This document shows positions 61,380-64,000 of a stretch of 64,000 nucleotides of DNA, in pieces. This stretch comes from Alphaproteobacteria bacterium (GTDB taxonomy: Bacteria > Pseudomonadota > Alphaproteobacteria > Rs-D84 > SZUA-605). The stretch lies in the NCBI GenBank assembly GCA_031549385.1, contig JAVBPW010000005.1:74428-138427 (forward strand), in the 5' to 3' direction. The position numbers were made by a program, and so were the translations under genes. Within the stretch, counting starts at the first letter, position 1. Each line of letters begins with the position of its first letter. The notes beneath the pieces were generated by a model, which made no database searches, was not told the origin of the DNA, and saw only the letters and a list, made by a program, of their open reading frames with translations.

Positions 61380-64000
61380 ATGAAATTCAATAGATTTTTA
61401 CTATCTATAGTTGGAGCTATAGGATTATTATCAACAGGAGCAAATGCAGATTTTGATTTTGGTGGTTATGTGCCAACATTAACTAAATTATATGGACAGA
61501 GTCAGTCAACAATAAATAGTAGATATACTTTATCATTTACAGAAGTTGCAAATAAAACAGCTTCAACCGTTAATTCATATAAGTTTGATGGAACCAATTG
61601 GGTTCCAGTTTATTATGAATATACAACTGGAACAAATGATGCAAAAAATGGAACAGATTTATCAAGAATAAACACAGATCAAACTGGGGCAAATCTAACA
61701 GGGTATTTTAGTAATTTAAGTAAAATTGCAGTAAATCACTTAGATATAGGTGGAGCTATTTATAATGGTCAAGGATTAATAATAGGGAATATTATAGGAG
61801 ATTTTTTAGATAATTCTTCAACTACATCATCTTCTGCTACATATACAGGTGGCGGAGCAATTGCAAATTGGTACGGGACTATAGGAAATATAAAAGGAGA
61901 TTTTATTAATAACTATACATCATCTACAGGAGCTGCATCTGTTCCTTATGGAGGTGCTATTTATAATAATAGAGGAAATATAGGAGATATTACTGGAAAT
62001 TTTATTGGTAATTGGGCATTAAGTACTGCTTCTAGTGGTAATAAAGTTTTAGGTGGTGCAATTTATAATGAAACTTCAAGTACAATAGGAAATATTATAG
62101 GTAGTTTTATTGGAAATCATCTTTCAGCTCATGCTGTTGGTGGTGGTGCAATTCAAAATGCGGGAACTATACAAAATATAACAGGGGATTTTACTGGTAA
62201 TTATATTTCTTCCCAAGTTTTTTTAGAAACATTTGGGGGAGCTATTTCTAATGGGGGTAATATAGGTAATATAATTGGAAATTTTTTAGGAAATTATAAT
62301 TCTGGAGGATATGGGGGAGCTATTTATAATAGTAGTACTGTCCAAAATATAACAGGAAATTTTATTGGTAACTATATTTTTGAAAATATTTCTTATACAC
62401 TCTCTCGTTCTGTAGGAGGAGCTTTTTCTAATGGACCTTCTTCTAATGTTGGAACAATAAAAGGAGATTTTATTAATAATTATATATATGCTTCCGGAGC
62501 AGCATTAGGTGGTGGAATTTATAATGATGGTACTTTAGGTGCGATAACAGGTGATTTTATAAATAACTATACAAAGACAGTGTCTACAAATAAATTTGCA
62601 CTAGGTGGAGCTATTTATACATCAAAAAGTATGATAATTTCTGCAGATACAAGAGATATTGAATTTTCAGGGAATTATACTCAAGATGTAACAAGAGGTA
62701 ATATTGAAAATGCTATATTTGTAAACACTAAATATTCATCACCAACAATTACATTTGAGACAAAAAATAATCATAAAATAGTATTTAATGATCAAATTGA
62801 AGGCGGTGGATATGATGATTTTTGGTTTGAAAGTTATTCTATAGATTATAGTAAGAAGTATGATATAGATTTAAAAGGAGATTTATCTGGAGAGGTTATA
62901 TTTAATAATGATATAATAAACTCAGAAAAAATTACTTTAAATGGTTCTAATATAACTATTGGTAGTTCTGCAACAATATCAACTAATAGTGGATTATATA
63001 TTTCTGCGAGTAATACAGGCGGAAGAATATTAAATAATGGAATGGTAAATAGTAATAGTACTTTTATAAATAATTTAAGCACTAATAAAATTAATTATCA
63101 AGGAAATGGAAGTTTTACTGGAACACTTTATTCTGCTGCTGGATTTGAATTTTCTAATATGACAACTGAAAATTCAAAATTAAATCAATTTAATGCAGCG
63201 ACAGGTTCTGGTGGAGTTAAATATTCAAATAAAGGTGGTAATACTCAATTGAACTTGAGTTATACAAATATTGATTTAAATACTGTAAAAATTATATCAA
63301 ATATGGGAGATTTAACATTAGGTGATTCTACATATGGAAATATTAAACTTAACTTAACAGTAAATAATTCAGGAATAATAAATGGAACATATTTCTTAGC
63401 ATCTTCCAATACTCAAGTTATAGGTGATTATGTTACTTTATATAACAATGGGACTTTATTAGATATGTCTAACTATGTTTTAAGATATGAAAACTCAAAT
63501 AAAGAACTTTGGTTAGATGTACAAGATTTAGGTGGGCCAATTACCCCCCCAACACCAAGTGGGGATGTGAATAAGATGAATTCTTCTTCTATGGCTTCTT
63601 CAGGTCTTGCAGGGTCTCGAAGAGTAGGTAGAGTTATCTTCGAAAATAAAATGGGTGATTTAATGTCTAATAATTTGAAAAGAGATCTTAAATTAGCTTA
63701 TGCACAAAATGATAGAAACATTATGTATGATGCTTATCTTAAAGATAATTACAAAAATAAAAAGAATGGTTTTTGGTTACAATATTATAATGGATCTGAA
63801 GAATATTCAGCTCAAGGTAATGTTGCTAAATTCAACAACGATTATCAAGGTGCTGTTATAGGTTATGACAGACAAGTTGGGAGAATGGTACTCGGTGTTG
63901 CATTATCATACTCTGGAGATAAAGGTAAATCTACAGACTATAAATCATCAACAAAAACAATGGGTGGAAATCTTTATGGTGGATACTCATATGGAAAATG
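61380..64000 (+). CDS. Pmp-like autotransporter (3' truncated, absent from the ORF track)
   Basis: AAGGAG SD; signal MKFNRF...ANA; repeated GGAI...FxxN; barrel begins near GFWLQ...IGYDR; open to the window end. Confidence 0.88.
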   Translation, partial: MKFNRFLLSIVGAIGLLSTGANADFDFGGYVPTLTKLYGQSQSTINSRYTLSFTEVANKTASTVNSYKFDGTNWVPVYYEYTTGTNDAKNGTDLSRINTDQTGANLTGYFSNLSKIAVNHLDIGGAIYNGQGLIIGNIIGDFLDNSSTTSSSATYTGGGAIANWYGTIGNIKGDFINNYTSSTGAASVPYGGAIYNNRGNIGDITGNFIGNWALSTASSGNKVLGGAIYNETSSTIGNIIGSFIGNHLSAHAVGGGAIQNAGTIQNITGDFTGNYISSQVFLETFGGAISNGGNIGNIIGNFLGNYNSGGYGGAIYNSSTVQNITGNFIGNYIFENISYTLSRSVGGAFSNGPSSNVGTIKGDFINNYIYASGAALGGGIYNDGTLGAITGDFINNYTKTVSTNKFALGGAIYTSKSMIISADTRDIEFSGNYTQDVTRGNIENAIFVNTKYSSPTITFETKNNHKIVFNDQIEGGGYDDFWFESYSIDYSKKYDIDLKGDLSGEVIFNNDIINSEKITLNGSNITIGSSATISTNSGLYISASNTGGRILNNGMVNSNSTFINNLSTNKINYQGNGSFTGTLYSAAGFEFSNMTTENSKLNQFNAATGSGGVKYSNKGGNTQLNLSYTNIDLNTVKIISNMGDLTLGDSTYGNIKLNLTVNNSGIINGTYFLASSNTQVIGDYVTLYNNGTLLDMSNYVLRYENSNKELWLDVQDLGGPITPPTPSGDVNKMNSSSMASSGLAGSRRVGRVIFENKMGDLMSNNLKRDLKLAYAQNDRNIMYDAYLKDNYKNKKNGFWLQYYNGSEEYSAQGNVAKFNNDYQGAVIGYDRQVGRMVLGVALSYSGDKGKSTDYKSSTKTMGGNLYGGYSYGK

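Overview
Low-GC chromosomal window, most likely from an uncultured, host-associated Alphaproteobacterium. This is inferred from synteny: recO-parC, DUF4164-like/zapA, ihfA-merR and a TipN-like protein. Core genes are recO, parC, zapA, ffh, lpxC, hpf, ppdK, recA, ppa, an RluA/RluD-family gene, tpiA, a PpiD/SurA-like gene and ihfA, plus three tRNAs (Thr-TGT, Ser-GGA and a CAT tRNA, probably Ile2). The main accessory feature is a ~13.3 kb tyrosine-integrase island in tRNA-Thr (25021-38355), bounded by a 46-bp direct repeat. It has arm-like repeats at both ends and one inverted internal copy. Its cargo is defence-like: a Panacea-type TA pair, a type III R-M system flanked by two paralogous unknown genes, a HEPN protein translationally coupled to the integrase, and a HipA/HTH pair. 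The most unusual signal is a C4/CI-like antisense RNA structure, with its complementary target boxes, in the leader of the type III mod-res operon. Other points of note are a tandem array of PilV-like prepilin proteins, a possible miniature 6S RNA, a tRNA-3'-end mini-element, a shared SD-less leader motif on orphan genes, an amber-split CDGSH gene, and a Pmp-like autotransporter missing from the ORF track. All calls come from reading motifs by eye; no searches were run.
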